From Pseudomonadota bacterium (GTDB lineage: Bacteria > Desulfobacterota > Desulfobacteria > Desulfobacterales > RPRI01), in NCBI GenBank assembly GCA_043825875.1, contig JBDRRF010000051.1, positions 32,001 to 96,000 of the forward strand: 64,000 bases of DNA. Direction: 5' to 3'. The first letter of the stretch is position 1. Each line of letters opens with the position of its first letter. This document shows positions 1-10,944 of the stretch, one piece after another. The notes beneath the pieces were generated by a model that was not told the DNA's origin, ran no database searches, and saw only the letters and a list, made by a program, of their open reading frames with translations. A program made the translations under genes and the position numbers.

Positions 1-2360
1 AAATTGCGGGATGCGCTAAAATCTAAAGTTGCTATATTAAAAGGTTCTTTTAAAACAGACTCATAATCAACAAGCATATTTTCTATTTTGCCGGCTGTTG
101 CAAAACGCCATTTATCAGTATTTAATAAGGGCCCTTTTAAATCAAAGCTATATAATTTGGCAGTTCCTTTTTGAATATTTATTTCTTCTTCGGCAGTTTT
201 TGTTAATTGAAAATACGGCGTAAACAAATTAATCTCTTTAAAATCTATTAGCGCTTGTTTTGATTTAATTTTAAAGGGGTAGTTCTTTACAAGCGCAAAT
301 TCTGCAGAAAGATTAGGGATAAAAGTTTTTCTTAAGTTAGCGTCAATAACTTTTATATAAAGATAGCTTTTGTTTTGGGAAGCACTAAATTTAAGGTTTG
401 TTATGTTAATTGCTTCTTTTAAAAATGATTTATGTTTAACGATCATATCTTCTATTATGCCATCTGTTTTTAATACCCATTTGGCAGGAATGAAAAGGGG
501 GCCCTTTAATTCAACCTTATTTAAGGAAACCGTTCCTTTTTTGATATTAAGTTGTTTTCCCAAATTTTGATAAGTTAAAAAAGGTAATAAAATCTGATTT
601 ACCTCTTTTGAGTCTATGGTTGTTTTCCCGGATAAAATTTTAAATGAATCATCTTTATCAAAACTAAACCCGGCAGACAGATTTGAAACAATAGTTTTTC
701 CGGAAATAGCATTGGCAGCAGTAAATTGAAGAACGGAATTATCCAGGAAAAACTTGTTTCCGCTAACAGAAATTGGATTTAAAAAACGGTTATAAACACC
801 TTTTACATCAAAGTTTGAAACATCCACTTTTAGAAAATATGACCCGGGTTTGTCATCGATAGTTAATTTACCTTCCGCTTTTCCTTCGCATTGTTTTATT
901 AAGTAAAGCTCATTTAAAAAACTCTCATTTTTAACAACCTGTTTAAGGATGGATGGAAGTGGAGAAAGATCGGCATGCACTAAAGCATCAAGGTAAAGCA
1001 AATGATGGTCTTCCAAAAGACTAAGTTTAAAAGTTCCATTTTGAGCGATGGAATTTCCAAGCCTGCCCTCCGCATTGTTTGCCTCCAGGATTCCTCCCAA
1101 AACCATTACATCGGCTTTTATATCTTCAATCAGCAGCGATGGTTTGGGTACAGATAATTTAATATTTAAAGCTTTTCCTTTTATAGATATGTTCTTTATA
1201 TTTCCCAGCTCAGAAATATTGGGTACTTTGGCAGTTATGTTTATTGACGGAACTTTCCCCTCTTTTAATACATTAAATATCGATTGGGGCGTAGGTGAGT
1301 TTCCCGTAAGAAAAAGAGCAATTTTACCGGTCTCTTTAATATCTATATCTTTTCCTTTAAGATCAAGCTGCACCGAAGAACCCGGCATATGTGCAATATA
1401 TTTTCCTGAAAAAATTGAGCCGGTGTTATCAAGAATCAGCTTTTCAATATTTATTGAAGTTCTCTCTCTATTTATATTTATATTTCCGGAAAGATGCCTG
1501 CTTTTTAGAATCAGATTTTCATTATTTCTTTTAAACGAAAGAACCGGAATTTCACCTTCGAAGTTTGAGCAATAATTCAAAACTTCTTTTTTGGAAAAAT
1601 ATAATCTTAAATCCGCTTTTGAATTATCAATCTTTAAATCAGAATCAGGATAAAGATAAGCAAAAAGCAGTTTGGGATTAAAATTATTTAATATGATTTC
1701 TCCTTTGCTTTTTAAATTATCAGGATAATATTGGCTTTTTATCGATATACTATCTGTAACATTTGATTTAGCATCTAATTCTATTTTGATATGTTTTGGC
1801 TTTAATATCATGTGAGAAAATATACTGGTAAAATTGAAATAAAGACGCCTACCGTTATAAAGACCTACATTACCGTTTCCGATTTCAACAACTATATCTG
1901 TTTTTTCAACAGTCCGGCTCCTGATAAAATCATACAATTTTTTTTCTATTTTTCGTAAAGCAGTATTTATCTGGAAGTCATTTTCGTTAAGAAGTTTTTC
2001 CGGAATATTTATTTTTATGTTGGGGCTATCAATATAAAGCTTATAAATATTAACACCCCCGGTAAGAAGTGGCCAGATTTTAGGGTATGCTTTGACACTG
2101 TTTATGTTTACTGAAAAATTGCCGGGTACCGATATTGCTGCGTTTCTTATGTCGGCGTGAAGTCGTGGGAATAGTAAAATATCGACATCGTGAAGCTTGA
2201 GCTTATAGCCTATCCTGAGAGAAACCTGCTCCACTATTTTGGCTTTAAGATCTTTAGTGCTTATAATGTGTGGAAGTAAAAGCGATATAAGCAGAGCAAG
2301 TATTAAAAGAATCCCGGTCCAGAACGTTGTCCAGAACAACAATTTTTTAATCAATTTCAT
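1..2360 (-). CDS. AsmA-family/YhdP-like large membrane-anchored protein (3' end runs off the window)
   Basis: Not in the ORF track because there is no stop in the window. ATG at 2360 reads MKLIKKLLFWTTFWTGILLILALLISLLLPHIISTKDLKAKIVEQVSLRIGYKLKLHDVDILLFPRLH...: one N-terminal TM helix followed by beta-rich sequence typical of AsmA N-termini. Confidence 0.65.
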   Translation of the reverse strand, partial: MKLIKKLLFWTTFWTGILLILALLISLLLPHIISTKDLKAKIVEQVSLRIGYKLKLHDVDILLFPRLHADIRNAAISVPGNFSVNINSVKAYPKIWPLLTGGVNIYKLYIDSPNIKINIPEKLLNENDFQINTALRKIEKKLYDFIRSRTVEKTDIVVEIGNGNVGLYNGRRLYFNFTSIFSHMILKPKHIKIELDAKSNVTDSISIKSQYYPDNLKSKGEIILNNFNPKLLFAYLYPDSDLKIDNSKADLRLYFSKKEVLNYCSNFEGEIPVLSFKRNNENLILKSRHLSGNININRERTSINIEKLILDNTGSIFSGKYIAHMPGSSVQLDLKGKDIDIKETGKIALFLTGNSPTPQSIFNVLKEGKVPSINITAKVPNISELGNIKNISIKGKALNIKLSVPKPSLLIEDIKADVMVLGGILEANNAEGRLGNSIAQNGTFKLSLLEDHHLLYLDALVHADLSPLPSILKQVVKNESFLNELYLIKQCEGKAEGKLTIDDKPGSYFLKVDVSNFDVKGVYNRFLNPISVSGNKFFLDNSVLQFTAANAISGKTIVSNLSAGFSFDKDDSFKILSGKTTIDSKEVNQILLPFLTYQNLGKQLNIKKGTVSLNKVELKGPLFIPAKWVLKTDGIIEDMIVKHKSFLKEAINITNLKFSASQNKSYLYIKVIDANLRKTFIPNLSAEFALVKNYPFKIKSKQALIDFKEINLFTPYFQLTKTAEEEINIQKGTAKLYSFDLKGPLLNTDKWRFATAGKIENMLVDYESVLKEPFNIATLDFSASRN

Positions 2361-2405
2361 ATATTCACGGATAAATAAATAAAAGTCATATAGCAAATAT
2401 TTTAC

Positions 2406-4427
2406 TTAATACTGCTTTTTATTTGCTATCGGACTTGCCACAGGCTGAGTTTCCGCAGGATCACTTTCAAGACCGTCTTTATCTTCTGAAATAATTCTGT
2501 AACTGTAACTTCCTCCCGCTTTAAGTTCAAAGTCCTTATAATCAGTCTGACCCGGTTTTAGCTGCTGTATCTCAGACCATAATTGAATAGGTGATAACGC
2601 CTGCAAGTTAGACCATGACGCTTGATCATCTTTTCTATATAAATGATTTACTACTATATCGGTTTCATAATTTTCTTTCCAACTCACGACTATATGGTCA
2701 ACAGCAGTTGAGGCCGTCAATTCTTCAACGGATTTCGGTCTTGGTTTTGTCTCCGCCTTGATGCATTTGCCAAGTTTGCCTTCGGCATCAAACAGATTGA
2801 AACATGCTATCGCATAGAAATAAACTTTTCCGTCTTCAAGCGGTGTTAAAATATCTCCTTTGTCCAGATAAATATTTGATCTGTAATTTTTAATCGAAGC
2901 AATTTTTTGCAAATTATTGCAGTCACTGCCCCTGTAAATGCTATAACCACCAATATCCTGGTCTTCTAAAGCAGTCCATGATATTTTTACTGATTTAGCC
3001 ATAATACCTTGGGATTGTGCATTTTCAGGAAAAGCAGGTAGGTCTTTTGTTTTTCCATTAACTTCGTTTGATGGGTCAGATTCCTTTTTATCATCATATG
3101 CAGTAACATGATAAAAATAGTGCCGTTCATCGGATATATTTTTTACATCAGCAAAATTTGTTGTTAATACTTCTTTAATATCGACGACTTTTTCCCATGA
3201 CGTGTTCTTAGTTTTTCTGTATAGATTATAACCTGATGCATTTTCCACAAATTTCCAGGAAAGAATTATTTTTCTTAATAGATTATCTTTCTCAAGAGTT
3301 AATACAGGAGTTTGTACTGTAGAAACCGAGATAGGGTCGGAACGAGGACTTTCAATATTTGAATCATCTGTGCTTGAAAGTGCATAAGTATAATCTATGC
3401 CATCTTTCAAATCTCTTTCATCAAACACAGTAAAGACAGGGTCAGTCTCTGTCCTGTTTCGCAAATCAATTGTTTTGATATTTTCCCAGTCGTTTGGATT
3501 TTTTTGGCGGTATAAAGTATATTTTATTATATTAAAGTATTCTTGTTCATTTCTCAAAGATGGAACAAAATTGATCCCCGCTCTTTTGATATAACCTTTT
3601 ATACCCATAATCAGAGGAGGATGCGGTATTCTTTGCCCCACATTTGAGATCTGTGCCGTTTGAGAGCTTTTTACCTCCGGTTCAATACCATGGATTATTC
3701 CGATATTATAGTAATATGACTGCCCTTTTATAACTGTAGTATCTTTATAATAATTATCTGATGTTTTACCTACATACTGGTAAGGACCACTCCTGTTTCC
3801 CGAACGATAAACATGATAGGATATAGGTGATTTTTTGGTAGTAATTTTCCATGATAAACCAACCGAAGCACCTTCGTTTATTACATTGAGATAATCGAGA
3901 TCTAATGATGGAAGCAATGGTGTCTTTGCAGATGAGCTAACTAAAGAGCTTTTCCGGTTTGAAAGAGAATCGCTTATCTCTTTTGTAATTTTAGGAATTT
4001 TTTTAAGAATTGAATTATTATTCGGAAAAACAACACTCCAGTTGTTTATAACAGTTTTACTTTCAATATCCATCAAATTAAGACGTGTTACTATTAAAGA
4101 TCCTTTTTTTGTTACTTCACCAAAAAGAACAAAATTTATGCCCAGCGCTTTCCCGGCTTCAATCACGGCTTTTTCAGAGCTATCCAAAACAATATCTGAT
4201 TTAAAAAGTACCTCTTCAATTTCCCTTCTTGGCATCAGATCGATGCTCTTATCAGTTTCAATAGATGAAATAAGCGCCTGAAGAATTTCTCCATTATAAC
4301 CCATTGCTTCGATATTTGTTGCATTAAGGTTAAAAATTGCCAGAACCTTTTTCTGAGCATAAGAATAAGGAGATAATATAAGCAATAAACAAGCTGATAT
4401 TAACAGCAGGCGGCATAATCTTTTCAT
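2406..4427 (-). CDS. Secreted protein: N-terminal CsgG/TolB-N/FlgO-like alpha/beta domain plus about five fibronectin type III repeats
   Basis: Signal peptide; 'AGKALGINFVLFGEV' CsgG-like motif; repeated FN3 signature (LSW...Y.lYR...Y.D......YYY.V.a...ES.pS). Confidence 0.8.
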   Translation of the reverse strand: MKRLCRLLLISACLLLILSPYSYAQKKVLAIFNLNATNIEAMGYNGEILQALISSIETDKSIDLMPRREIEEVLFKSDIVLDSSEKAVIEAGKALGINFVLFGEVTKKGSLIVTRLNLMDIESKTVINNWSVVFPNNNSILKKIPKITKEISDSLSNRKSSLVSSSAKTPLLPSLDLDYLNVINEGASVGLSWKITTKKSPISYHVYRSGNRSGPYQYVGKTSDNYYKDTTVIKGQSYYYNIGIIHGIEPEVKSSQTAQISNVGQRIPHPPLIMGIKGYIKRAGINFVPSLRNEQEYFNIIKYTLYRQKNPNDWENIKTIDLRNRTETDPVFTVFDERDLKDGIDYTYALSSTDDSNIESPRSDPISVSTVQTPVLTLEKDNLLRKIILSWKFVENASGYNLYRKTKNTSWEKVVDIKEVLTTNFADVKNISDERHYFYHVTAYDDKKESDPSNEVNGKTKDLPAFPENAQSQGIMAKSVKISWTALEDQDIGGYSIYRGSDCNNLQKIASIKNYRSNIYLDKGDILTPLEDGKVYFYAIACFNLFDAEGKLGKCIKAETKPRPKSVEELTASTAVDHIVVSWKENYETDIVVNHLYRKDDQASWSNLQALSPIQLWSEIQQLKPGQTDYKDFELKAGGSYSYRIISEDKDGLESDPAETQPVASPIANKKQY

Positions 4428-4445
4428 CAATATTTTTTTACTCCC

Positions 4446-4587
4446 GAGCCACTTTCAAAACGTTTCAGTTTGGTCAAGGTTAAGGCGGGTGAAAATTTTA
4501 ACCGCAGGAATACATGAAGTATTTCGAGGATTAAAATTTTCATCCAACGCAGAGATCGGCCAAAATGGGACGTTTTTAAACTGGCTC
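4446..4587. repeat. 142-bp palindromic MITE/REP-like element, copy 1 of 4
   Basis: GAGCCACTTTCAAAACG...CGTTTTTAAACTGGCTC termini; near-identical copies at 23005, 40164 and 58464. Confidence 0.9.
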
Positions 4588-4596
4588 TCCTAACAA

Positions 4597-6594
4597 TCAA
4601 TTCTCTTTATAGTTACGAAAGACATTATCAAGATGCTCCATTGCTTTTTGTGTAAGAGGAGATCCTAAAATCATTTTCATTTTTTCATCGAAAATGGAGT
4701 TAACAAAACTCTCTGCCGCCAGAAGTCTTTCTCTTCTTTTTAAATACTGCTCACCATCTTGAAAATATGTTTTTTCAAGATTGCTTAAGGGCTTTAAAGC
4801 TTCTCTGCCAAGTTCTGCAACTACTTCATTTGTCATTTTCTGAAGAAGTTCGGTATCTGTCGGAATAACAAGAGGATCGTATTTAACCTTGGCTTCAGGA
4901 AGCCCTGCGCTTGTATCATCTTCAACAGTTTCTTTACGTTCAATTGTTCTGACCTGAATATTTTCTCCTGTTTTAACATCAACAATCCTAAATGAAAGCT
5001 GAACAAATCCTACCTTCTTATGGTTGGATACAGCATAATCTTTTTCAGTATATTTAGGTGTTGTTATTTTTGCCGGAGGTGCAGATGCAAGCTGGCCCGG
5101 AGTAGGATTGGGATTTCTAGCCGCCCAGTTAAGATAATCTATATTATCCTGAATTTCTGTTCCTATCTGGTATCTTGCGGTTTTAATTCCCTGAGAAACG
5201 GATGTTTCTACCTGGTATAATAAAACACTTCCCATAACGGCAACATCTATACCATATACTCTCCCCATCTCCTTTGCGGTTTGCTCTGAAACAACTCCAA
5301 TTTGCCCGAGCTTCATTTCTTCCAATATTGATTTTAAGTTTTCTCTTTCAAGAATCTTGATATCTCCGCTTGCATTCTTAAACAGGTAGGTAATAAGGTT
5401 ATTTGCAACTATGATACCGGAATCTTTATGTTGTGAAGGGCTGGAAAAATCAAAAACAGCTATAGATTTTTGCACTCTTTGTCTTATCTTGTCTTCCATT
5501 GCAAGATTATTTGCAAAAATTTCAGGGTAATCAGGGGAAATGCTTTTGAGTTTACTATACCAGAACCAGGCCGCTCCATATTTTTTCTGGTCTTTGAACA
5601 TAGCTCCCATGGAACTAGCTTTCGCTGCAAGTTCATTTCGAACGCTTCTGAATTCTGCTGTATTTGGATCATCCACATTCTTTTGTGCTTGGTTATAAGT
5701 TTCAAAAGCCTTAAAAAGCCATCCATCCGCCATCTGGTCTCTGATTGTTTTGGCATAATATGTACCAAGTTTTTGTGAAACCGCAGCAATTAGCGTTTTT
5801 ATAGTCCCATCATTTGGAGAATACTCCAAAGCTTTGTTATATGACTTCAGAGCTGTAGCCCAATCCTGGTTCGATACGGCTTTTCTGCCTTTGTCAATGA
5901 AATATTTTTTACTATCCATTTGTTTTATTAAAGCAAGTAGTTTCAAAGAAGGATCGTGATCAGGCTTTAAAGAAATTGCATCATTTAAATATTTTGATGC
6001 GCCCCTAAAATCATCTTTGTCAAAAAGAGGCTTGGCTTTGTTATAAAAAGCTTGTGAGCCTTCTTCTGATGTTTGCTCTAAAAGCTGAGATGAATCAATA
6101 TAATTAGGAAATATTTCCTGAATCCGTTTCAGGCTTGAATTTGCCTCAATCCATTCTTCCGCTGCCAGCATAGCCTTGGCTTCTTCGTATAAATCTTTTG
6201 TTTCCGATATAATTTGTTCTTCATGTTTACTAATCTCCTCTGAGAGTTTTGTTACGGAAGGATTGTTTGGATCAATCTCTTTTGCCTTTGATATATTGGA
6301 TTTGGCTGAATTTAAAGATTCAATTGTAACAGGGGATTTAGCGTTTAATGCTTTTGAAGCATTTGCAACATACCCGGATATAACGCTCTCCTTAAGTTCC
6401 GATAAAGCTTGTTTATACTCTGCATTATCAGGTTCATTTTGAATAGCTTTTTCTAAATAGGAAATTGCATCCATAAATTTACCTGCCTGGCGTAATTGCA
6501 TGCCGACTTCAAAATCCATTTTTCCTGCAGCACAAGAAAACAAGAAAACAGTCAGCAAAAAAATCAGCCCGACATATATCGCACGTTTAATCAT
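4597..6594 (-). CDS. TPR-repeat lipoprotein with C-terminal CsgG/HfaB-like domain
   Basis: Lipobox LFSC; multiple TPR helices; 'SIAVFDF...ILERENLKSILEEMKLGQIG...EMGRVYGIDVAVMGSV' CsgG-type motif. Confidence 0.8.
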   Translation of the reverse strand: MIKRAIYVGLIFLLTVFLFSCAAGKMDFEVGMQLRQAGKFMDAISYLEKAIQNEPDNAEYKQALSELKESVISGYVANASKALNAKSPVTIESLNSAKSNISKAKEIDPNNPSVTKLSEEISKHEEQIISETKDLYEEAKAMLAAEEWIEANSSLKRIQEIFPNYIDSSQLLEQTSEEGSQAFYNKAKPLFDKDDFRGASKYLNDAISLKPDHDPSLKLLALIKQMDSKKYFIDKGRKAVSNQDWATALKSYNKALEYSPNDGTIKTLIAAVSQKLGTYYAKTIRDQMADGWLFKAFETYNQAQKNVDDPNTAEFRSVRNELAAKASSMGAMFKDQKKYGAAWFWYSKLKSISPDYPEIFANNLAMEDKIRQRVQKSIAVFDFSSPSQHKDSGIIVANNLITYLFKNASGDIKILERENLKSILEEMKLGQIGVVSEQTAKEMGRVYGIDVAVMGSVLLYQVETSVSQGIKTARYQIGTEIQDNIDYLNWAARNPNPTPGQLASAPPAKITTPKYTEKDYAVSNHKKVGFVQLSFRIVDVKTGENIQVRTIERKETVEDDTSAGLPEAKVKYDPLVIPTDTELLQKMTNEVVAELGREALKPLSNLEKTYFQDGEQYLKRRERLLAAESFVNSIFDEKMKMILGSPLTQKAMEHLDNVFRNYKEN

Positions 6595-6614
6595 ATTCAG
6601 CCTCCGATTGCTTA

Positions 6615-7697
6615 TTAATTCATTCTTATAATTATTTTGTTTCCTTCAACTTTTTCAACTGCCGGAATAAAATATTTTCTTTTAAAATACGACAGTTGCA
6701 TTTCGTTTAACAGGTGTTCCGGCCAGCCTTTGTATTTGATATTAAATTCAGCATTTCCTTTCTTAAAACTTGCAAGGCTCGCATCAAGTATTCCACTTAC
6801 ATCAGATTTAAAAGCATTTGATATTTCAAGAGCTTTATCATGCGAAGGAATATTTTTAATAATCATGTTTATATCTCTTTCGCTGTAAAGCTCTTTTTCC
6901 CATATCTTTACAAGTTTACTCCGAAGATCAGTCCAGATTGAATCAATACAATACCTTGCTCCTTTATCAATAATTTTAAGCTTGTTTTCTCCGGGGAGAG
7001 ATTTTACCGCACTGGAGGTACCCAATATCTCTCCATCATCCGGCCGGAAGATATCTGCGCTTAAGCTGATTTCATTTACCAAAAGATCCATATCCTGGTA
7101 TGAAGACTGATTTGAAGAAAGCTCAAGAGACAGGCTGACCAAAAGGCCCATCTGAGATTCACGATCTTCAGAGTATTTAAAAACCTTAAACCCACCCTGT
7201 TTTAGTTTATCGGCAAGAATGGATGCTGATTTCCTGGCTGAAGAAAGATACTTTTTATCCATATCTTTATCGATTATAATACTTATACGGGGATTTTTTT
7301 GCCAGCTTATTACTTTTTTAAATCTGTCAAGATCTTCAAGCATTGCTGATGTTTCAACATCCGCTTCGATTTCAACTTCAAATGTACCAATGTCGGTTTT
7401 TTTTTCTTTGATAACCTTTATGTTTTTAAGATATCCGGCTGTCCTGCTTAATATCTGGTCTTTTATCACAACAAAATTTTCAACCGTTGTACTTGATTCA
7501 ACAGCAGAACCGATTGCCTGTTCCAGAGCAGCTCTTTTAGCTTCATCAATAGCTTTCTCTCTTGCTATAACCTCTCTTCCAGGTTCAAAAAAGCTTATCC
7601 CTTTAGCTGTGACAATGATACCGGCTATAAGATTGGTTGGAAATAAAAACGAAACAGATATAATAAGGAATAACATATTTATTTTAATATTTTTCAT
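6615..7697 (-). CDS. Secreted protein with FlgT N-terminal/LPP20-like domain
   Basis: Signal peptide then 'AREKAIDEAKRAALEQAIGSAVESSTTVENFVVIKDQILSRTAGYLK', typical of the FlgT_N domain. Confidence 0.7.
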   Translation of the reverse strand: MKNIKINMLFLIISVSFLFPTNLIAGIIVTAKGISFFEPGREVIAREKAIDEAKRAALEQAIGSAVESSTTVENFVVIKDQILSRTAGYLKNIKVIKEKKTDIGTFEVEIEADVETSAMLEDLDRFKKVISWQKNPRISIIIDKDMDKKYLSSARKSASILADKLKQGGFKVFKYSEDRESQMGLLVSLSLELSSNQSSYQDMDLLVNEISLSADIFRPDDGEILGTSSAVKSLPGENKLKIIDKGARYCIDSIWTDLRSKLVKIWEKELYSERDINMIIKNIPSHDKALEISNAFKSDVSGILDASLASFKKGNAEFNIKYKGWPEHLLNEMQLSYFKRKYFIPAVEKVEGNKIIIRMN

Positions 7698-7907
7698 ATT
7701 CGAATTCCGCAAGTTTCATTAAAACCACACTAAGTATTTTGAAAACGGATATTTAAGCCTGACAAAGTAAAAGGCAAAAGGGAGAATTAAAGATTTCAAA
7801 TTCACGGCTATTCGTCTAACCCTCCCCCCGCAGTAAGATATGACGAATAAGGATCATTTAAGGTTTTTGTACCTGCTTTTTATATTTAAGATTTGCACCA
7901 TGTTATA

Positions 7908-7934
7908 ATATCGGCACAGCATATAAAATACTTA
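7908..7934 (-). promoter_or_regulatory. Sigma-28 (FliA)-type promoter candidate for the FlgT/CsgG/FN3 operon
   Basis: Minus strand TAAG-N15-GCCGATAT versus consensus TAAA-N15-GCCGATAA, about 210 nt upstream of the first gene. Confidence 0.6.
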
Positions 7935-8048
7935 AGCATATAAAATATCCTGAAATCTCTATAAATTCATACTATTTGTGCTGGTCTTATGTCAAGTGAT
8001 AAAATGGGGAGCAGGGAAAAACATAAGGAGCAAATACGAAAGAAGTCA

Positions 8049-8082
8049 TTTGCAAAAGATCCAATTGAAGCTTTTGCAAATT
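8049..8082. terminator. Inverted repeat downstream of the CBS gene (possible terminator or operator)
   Basis: ATTTGCAAAAG-N12-CTTTTGCAAAT. Confidence 0.35.
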
Positions 8083-8171
8083 TGATAAACGGCCAGGCTG
8101 TTAATATATATTAATCTATTTATAGATTTGATTATTTTATGATCAATTGCTACAAAATATTACCAAAAAGA

Positions 8172-8789
8172 TCAGTCAATAGCGCTTTCAACCTTAAATC
8201 CTTCTTTTTCTAAAGCACTTTTGATAATATCTGTTTTGCAGGAAGAAAGACGAAAATAGTATGTTCTTTTTGGACCTTTCCGGTTTGCAGTCATCCCTAT
8301 ACTTATAATATCACCATCCATTTCATGTATGATTTGAAGGGCTTTCTTGAAGGAGTCCTGGGCATCGCCAACAACTACATCAATACGTGAGCTTGCCGTT
8401 AACAGACCCATCATATTAATGAAAGCTCCTAAAATATCTGTAACCGTAATTATGCCGACGATCTTGTTTCTTACAACAACCGGCATTCCTCCTATTTTAT
8501 TCTTGTATATTTTCTGAGCAGCTATTTCTATATCTTCATCCGGACTAACGGTTATTGGATCTTTAATAATCAAATCGGCAAGAGACAATTCTCCTATCAT
8601 AGATTGCACAAGGCCCTGTTTTAAAACAGAAAGTGTAATAAAACCTTTTAGAGCTTTATTTTTGCCAACAACAGGCAGGTGACGTATGGAATTAATCTTC
8701 ATCAACTCGATTGCTTCTGTAATTGATGATTTTTCACTAATAGTAATAGGATCAGGTATCATCAGAGCTTTGATTTTCATATCATTCAC
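8172..8789 (-). CDS. CBS-pair plus ACT domain protein (AcuB-like)
   Basis: Two CBS motifs (IRHLPVV; IGGMPVV..KIVGIITVTDIL) and a C-terminal ACT-like domain. Confidence 0.85.
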   Translation of the reverse strand: MNDMKIKALMIPDPITISEKSSITEAIELMKINSIRHLPVVGKNKALKGFITLSVLKQGLVQSMIGELSLADLIIKDPITVSPDEDIEIAAQKIYKNKIGGMPVVVRNKIVGIITVTDILGAFINMMGLLTASSRIDVVVGDAQDSFKKALQIIHEMDGDIISIGMTANRKGPKRTYYFRLSSCKTDIIKSALEKEGFKVESAID

Positions 8790-8865
8790 CTTTTTTAATT
8801 TTGGGTTATATAGCGTTTGTCAAAATAATGTTCAAAATTTATGACATTTGCTATAGTTGATGAAC

Positions 8866-9954
8866 CTAATTTTTCGGCTCATAGCTGCAAAGGGGTTCTT
8901 GCGCCATAAAATCCCCTGTGGCCTCATAGGCTCTGGCCCGGCAGCCTCCGCAAACTCTTTTGTATTCACAGATACCGCATTTGCCTTTAAGTTTATCAAA
9001 ATTTCTCAAAGAAAGAAAGGTTTCAGATGATTTCCATATTTTTTCAAAGGAATCTTTTGTTACATCCCCACAATCAATATTTAGAAATCCACATGGCTGA
9101 ACAACGCCTACATGTGAAATAAAACAAAAGCCGGTTCCACCAAGGCATCCTCTTGAAACCGCATCAAGGCCGAATGATTCAAAATTTACCGATTCACCGT
9201 CTTTTTTCGCCCTTTGCCGTAGTATACGATAATAATGGGGAGCACAGGTTGCTTTTAGCTGTAAAGACGTTTTATTCCGCTGATCATAAAACCAGTTTAA
9301 TGTTTCTTCATAATCATCGGCTGAAATTTCATGTTTGATAATATATTTTCCTCTGCCTGTGGGAACAAGCAGAAATATATGATGTGCCACTGCACCAAGA
9401 TTTACAGCCAGCTCCTGGATTTGCTGTATATATTGTATGTTCAGTTTGGTAATTGTAGTATTAATCTGAAATTCAAGCCCTGCCTCTTTGGCAAAATCGA
9501 TACCGCGCATAGCTGCTTCAAAAGCACCTTCTACACCTCTGAAACTGTCATGGCTTTCTTTGGTCGGCCCATCCAAACTTATGCTTATTCTTTTTATTCC
9601 GGAATCTACCATTTTTTTTGCTATGGGTCCGGTTATAAGTGTACCATTTGGAGCCATCACCATTCTTAAACCCTTTTTTGTTCCATAGCTTGCTATATCG
9701 AAAATATCAGGCCGTAATAAAGGCTCTCCTCCTGTAAGAATAACTATAGGCTCTCCTGTGGCTGCTATTTGATCAACAAGTTTAAAGGATGCTCCGGTGT
9801 CAAGCTCACCTGTATAGGAAGTGTTTAATGCGGACGCACGGCAATGAATGCAGGCAAGATTGCAATTTCTTGTAATTTCCCAGGCAACAAGACGCAAGGA
9901 AGATGCATTGCTTTTTCCTTCTGAAGGTTTGTGGTGATTCGGTTTGTCATTCAT
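8866..9954 (-). CDS. ahbD: Heme b synthase, radical SAM/SPASM
   Basis: '[21 protein letters not shown]', '[13 protein letters not shown]', SPASM cysteines; adjacent to hemB and ahbC. Confidence 0.9.
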   Translation of the reverse strand: MNDKPNHHKPSEGKSNASSLRLVAWEITRNCNLACIHCRASALNTSYTGELDTGASFKLVDQIAATGEPIVILTGGEPLLRPDIFDIASYGTKKGLRMVMAPNGTLITGPIAKKMVDSGIKRISISLDGPTKESHDSFRGVEGAFEAAMRGIDFAKEAGLEFQINTTITKLNIQYIQQIQELAVNLGAVAHHIFLLVPTGRGKYIIKHEISADDYEETLNWFYDQRNKTSLQLKATCAPHYYRILRQRAKKDGESVNFESFGLDAVSRGCLGGTGFCFISHVGVVQPCGFLNIDCGDVTKDSFEKIWKSSETFLSLRNFDKLKGKCGICEYKRVCGGCRARAYEATGDFMAQEPLCSYEPKN

Positions 9955-10925
9955 AATCTCAGTTCATTCGCTGCTTCAATAGCAAAATAGGTGAGTATCA
10001 TGTCGGCACCTGCTCTTTTGATGGAGGTTAAAGTTTCCATCATGACTTTTTTCCCGTCTATCCATCCCATTTTCTCTGCTGCTTTTATCATCGAAAATTC
10101 ACCACTCACGTTATATGCAGCTACCGGAAGATCTATTTCTTGGCGTACCCGGTAAATAATATCAAGATAAGCCAAAGCCGGTTTTATCATAATTATATCG
10201 GCGCCCTCTTCTATATCCATTGTAACCTCGCGAATAGCTTCAAGCCCGTTTGCAGGATCCATCTGGTATGTTCTGCGATCTCCGAATTTCGGGGCTGAAT
10301 TCGCAGCACTTCTGAAAGGGCCGTAATATGCCGAGCAGTATTTTGCCGAATACGACATTATCGGGATATGGCTATAACTGTTTTCATCAAGAATATTGCG
10401 AATTTCAGCTACGCGTCCATCCATCATATCTGATGGTGCTACCATATCCGCACCTGCTTTTGCATGCGATAATGCGGTTTTGGCAAGAAGCTCAAGGGTT
10501 GCATCATTGTCTACCGTATTTCCGTTTACAATACCGCAATGGCCGTGATCCGTGTACTGACAAAGACATACATCGGTTATTACTCCAAGTTCGGGAAGCT
10601 TGTTTTTTATGGCTTTTACTGCCTTTTGCACAACCCCATCCTTTGAGTATGCACCGGTTCCAAGAAGGTCTTTTTTATCCGGTATCCCGAAAAGCATTAT
10701 TGCGGGAATACCAAGATCATAGGCTTCTTTACATGTTTGCACAAGATTATCGCTTGAAAGATGATAATGTCCCGGCATTGAAGCTATGGGATTTTTGACT
10801 CCTTTTCCGCCTATGGCAAACAGAGGAAGAATAAAGTCGTTTACACTAAGCTCAGTTTCTCTTATTAATTTACGGAAAGCCTCTTTTTGTCTTAAGCGTC
10901 TCGGCCTGTAATCCGGAAACAGCAT
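9951..10925 (-). CDS. hemB: Porphobilinogen synthase (ALA dehydratase)
   Basis: [37 protein letters not shown]; start reassigned to [10 protein letters not shown] behind a GGAG RBS. Confidence 0.97.
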   Translation of the reverse strand: MLFPDYRPRRLRQKEAFRKLIRETELSVNDFILPLFAIGGKGVKNPIASMPGHYHLSSDNLVQTCKEAYDLGIPAIMLFGIPDKKDLLGTGAYSKDGVVQKAVKAIKNKLPELGVITDVCLCQYTDHGHCGIVNGNTVDNDATLELLAKTALSHAKAGADMVAPSDMMDGRVAEIRNILDENSYSHIPIMSYSAKYCSAYYGPFRSAANSAPKFGDRRTYQMDPANGLEAIREVTMDIEEGADIIMIKPALAYLDIIYRVRQEIDLPVAAYNVSGEFSMIKAAEKMGWIDGKKVMMETLTSIKRAGADMILTYFAIEAANELRL

Positions 10926-10944
10926 ATGAATATACTCCTTTTGT

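Noticed and set aside
370..1575. Plus-strand ORFs 370-570 and 1048-1575, and similar short overlapping ORFs throughout
   Set aside because: Shadow ORFs opposite or inside well-supported genes.
7760..7860. c-di-GMP riboswitch (GGCAAA seen)
   Set aside because: Wrong strand for the operon, and the downstream GAAA/GCAAAGC elements are missing.
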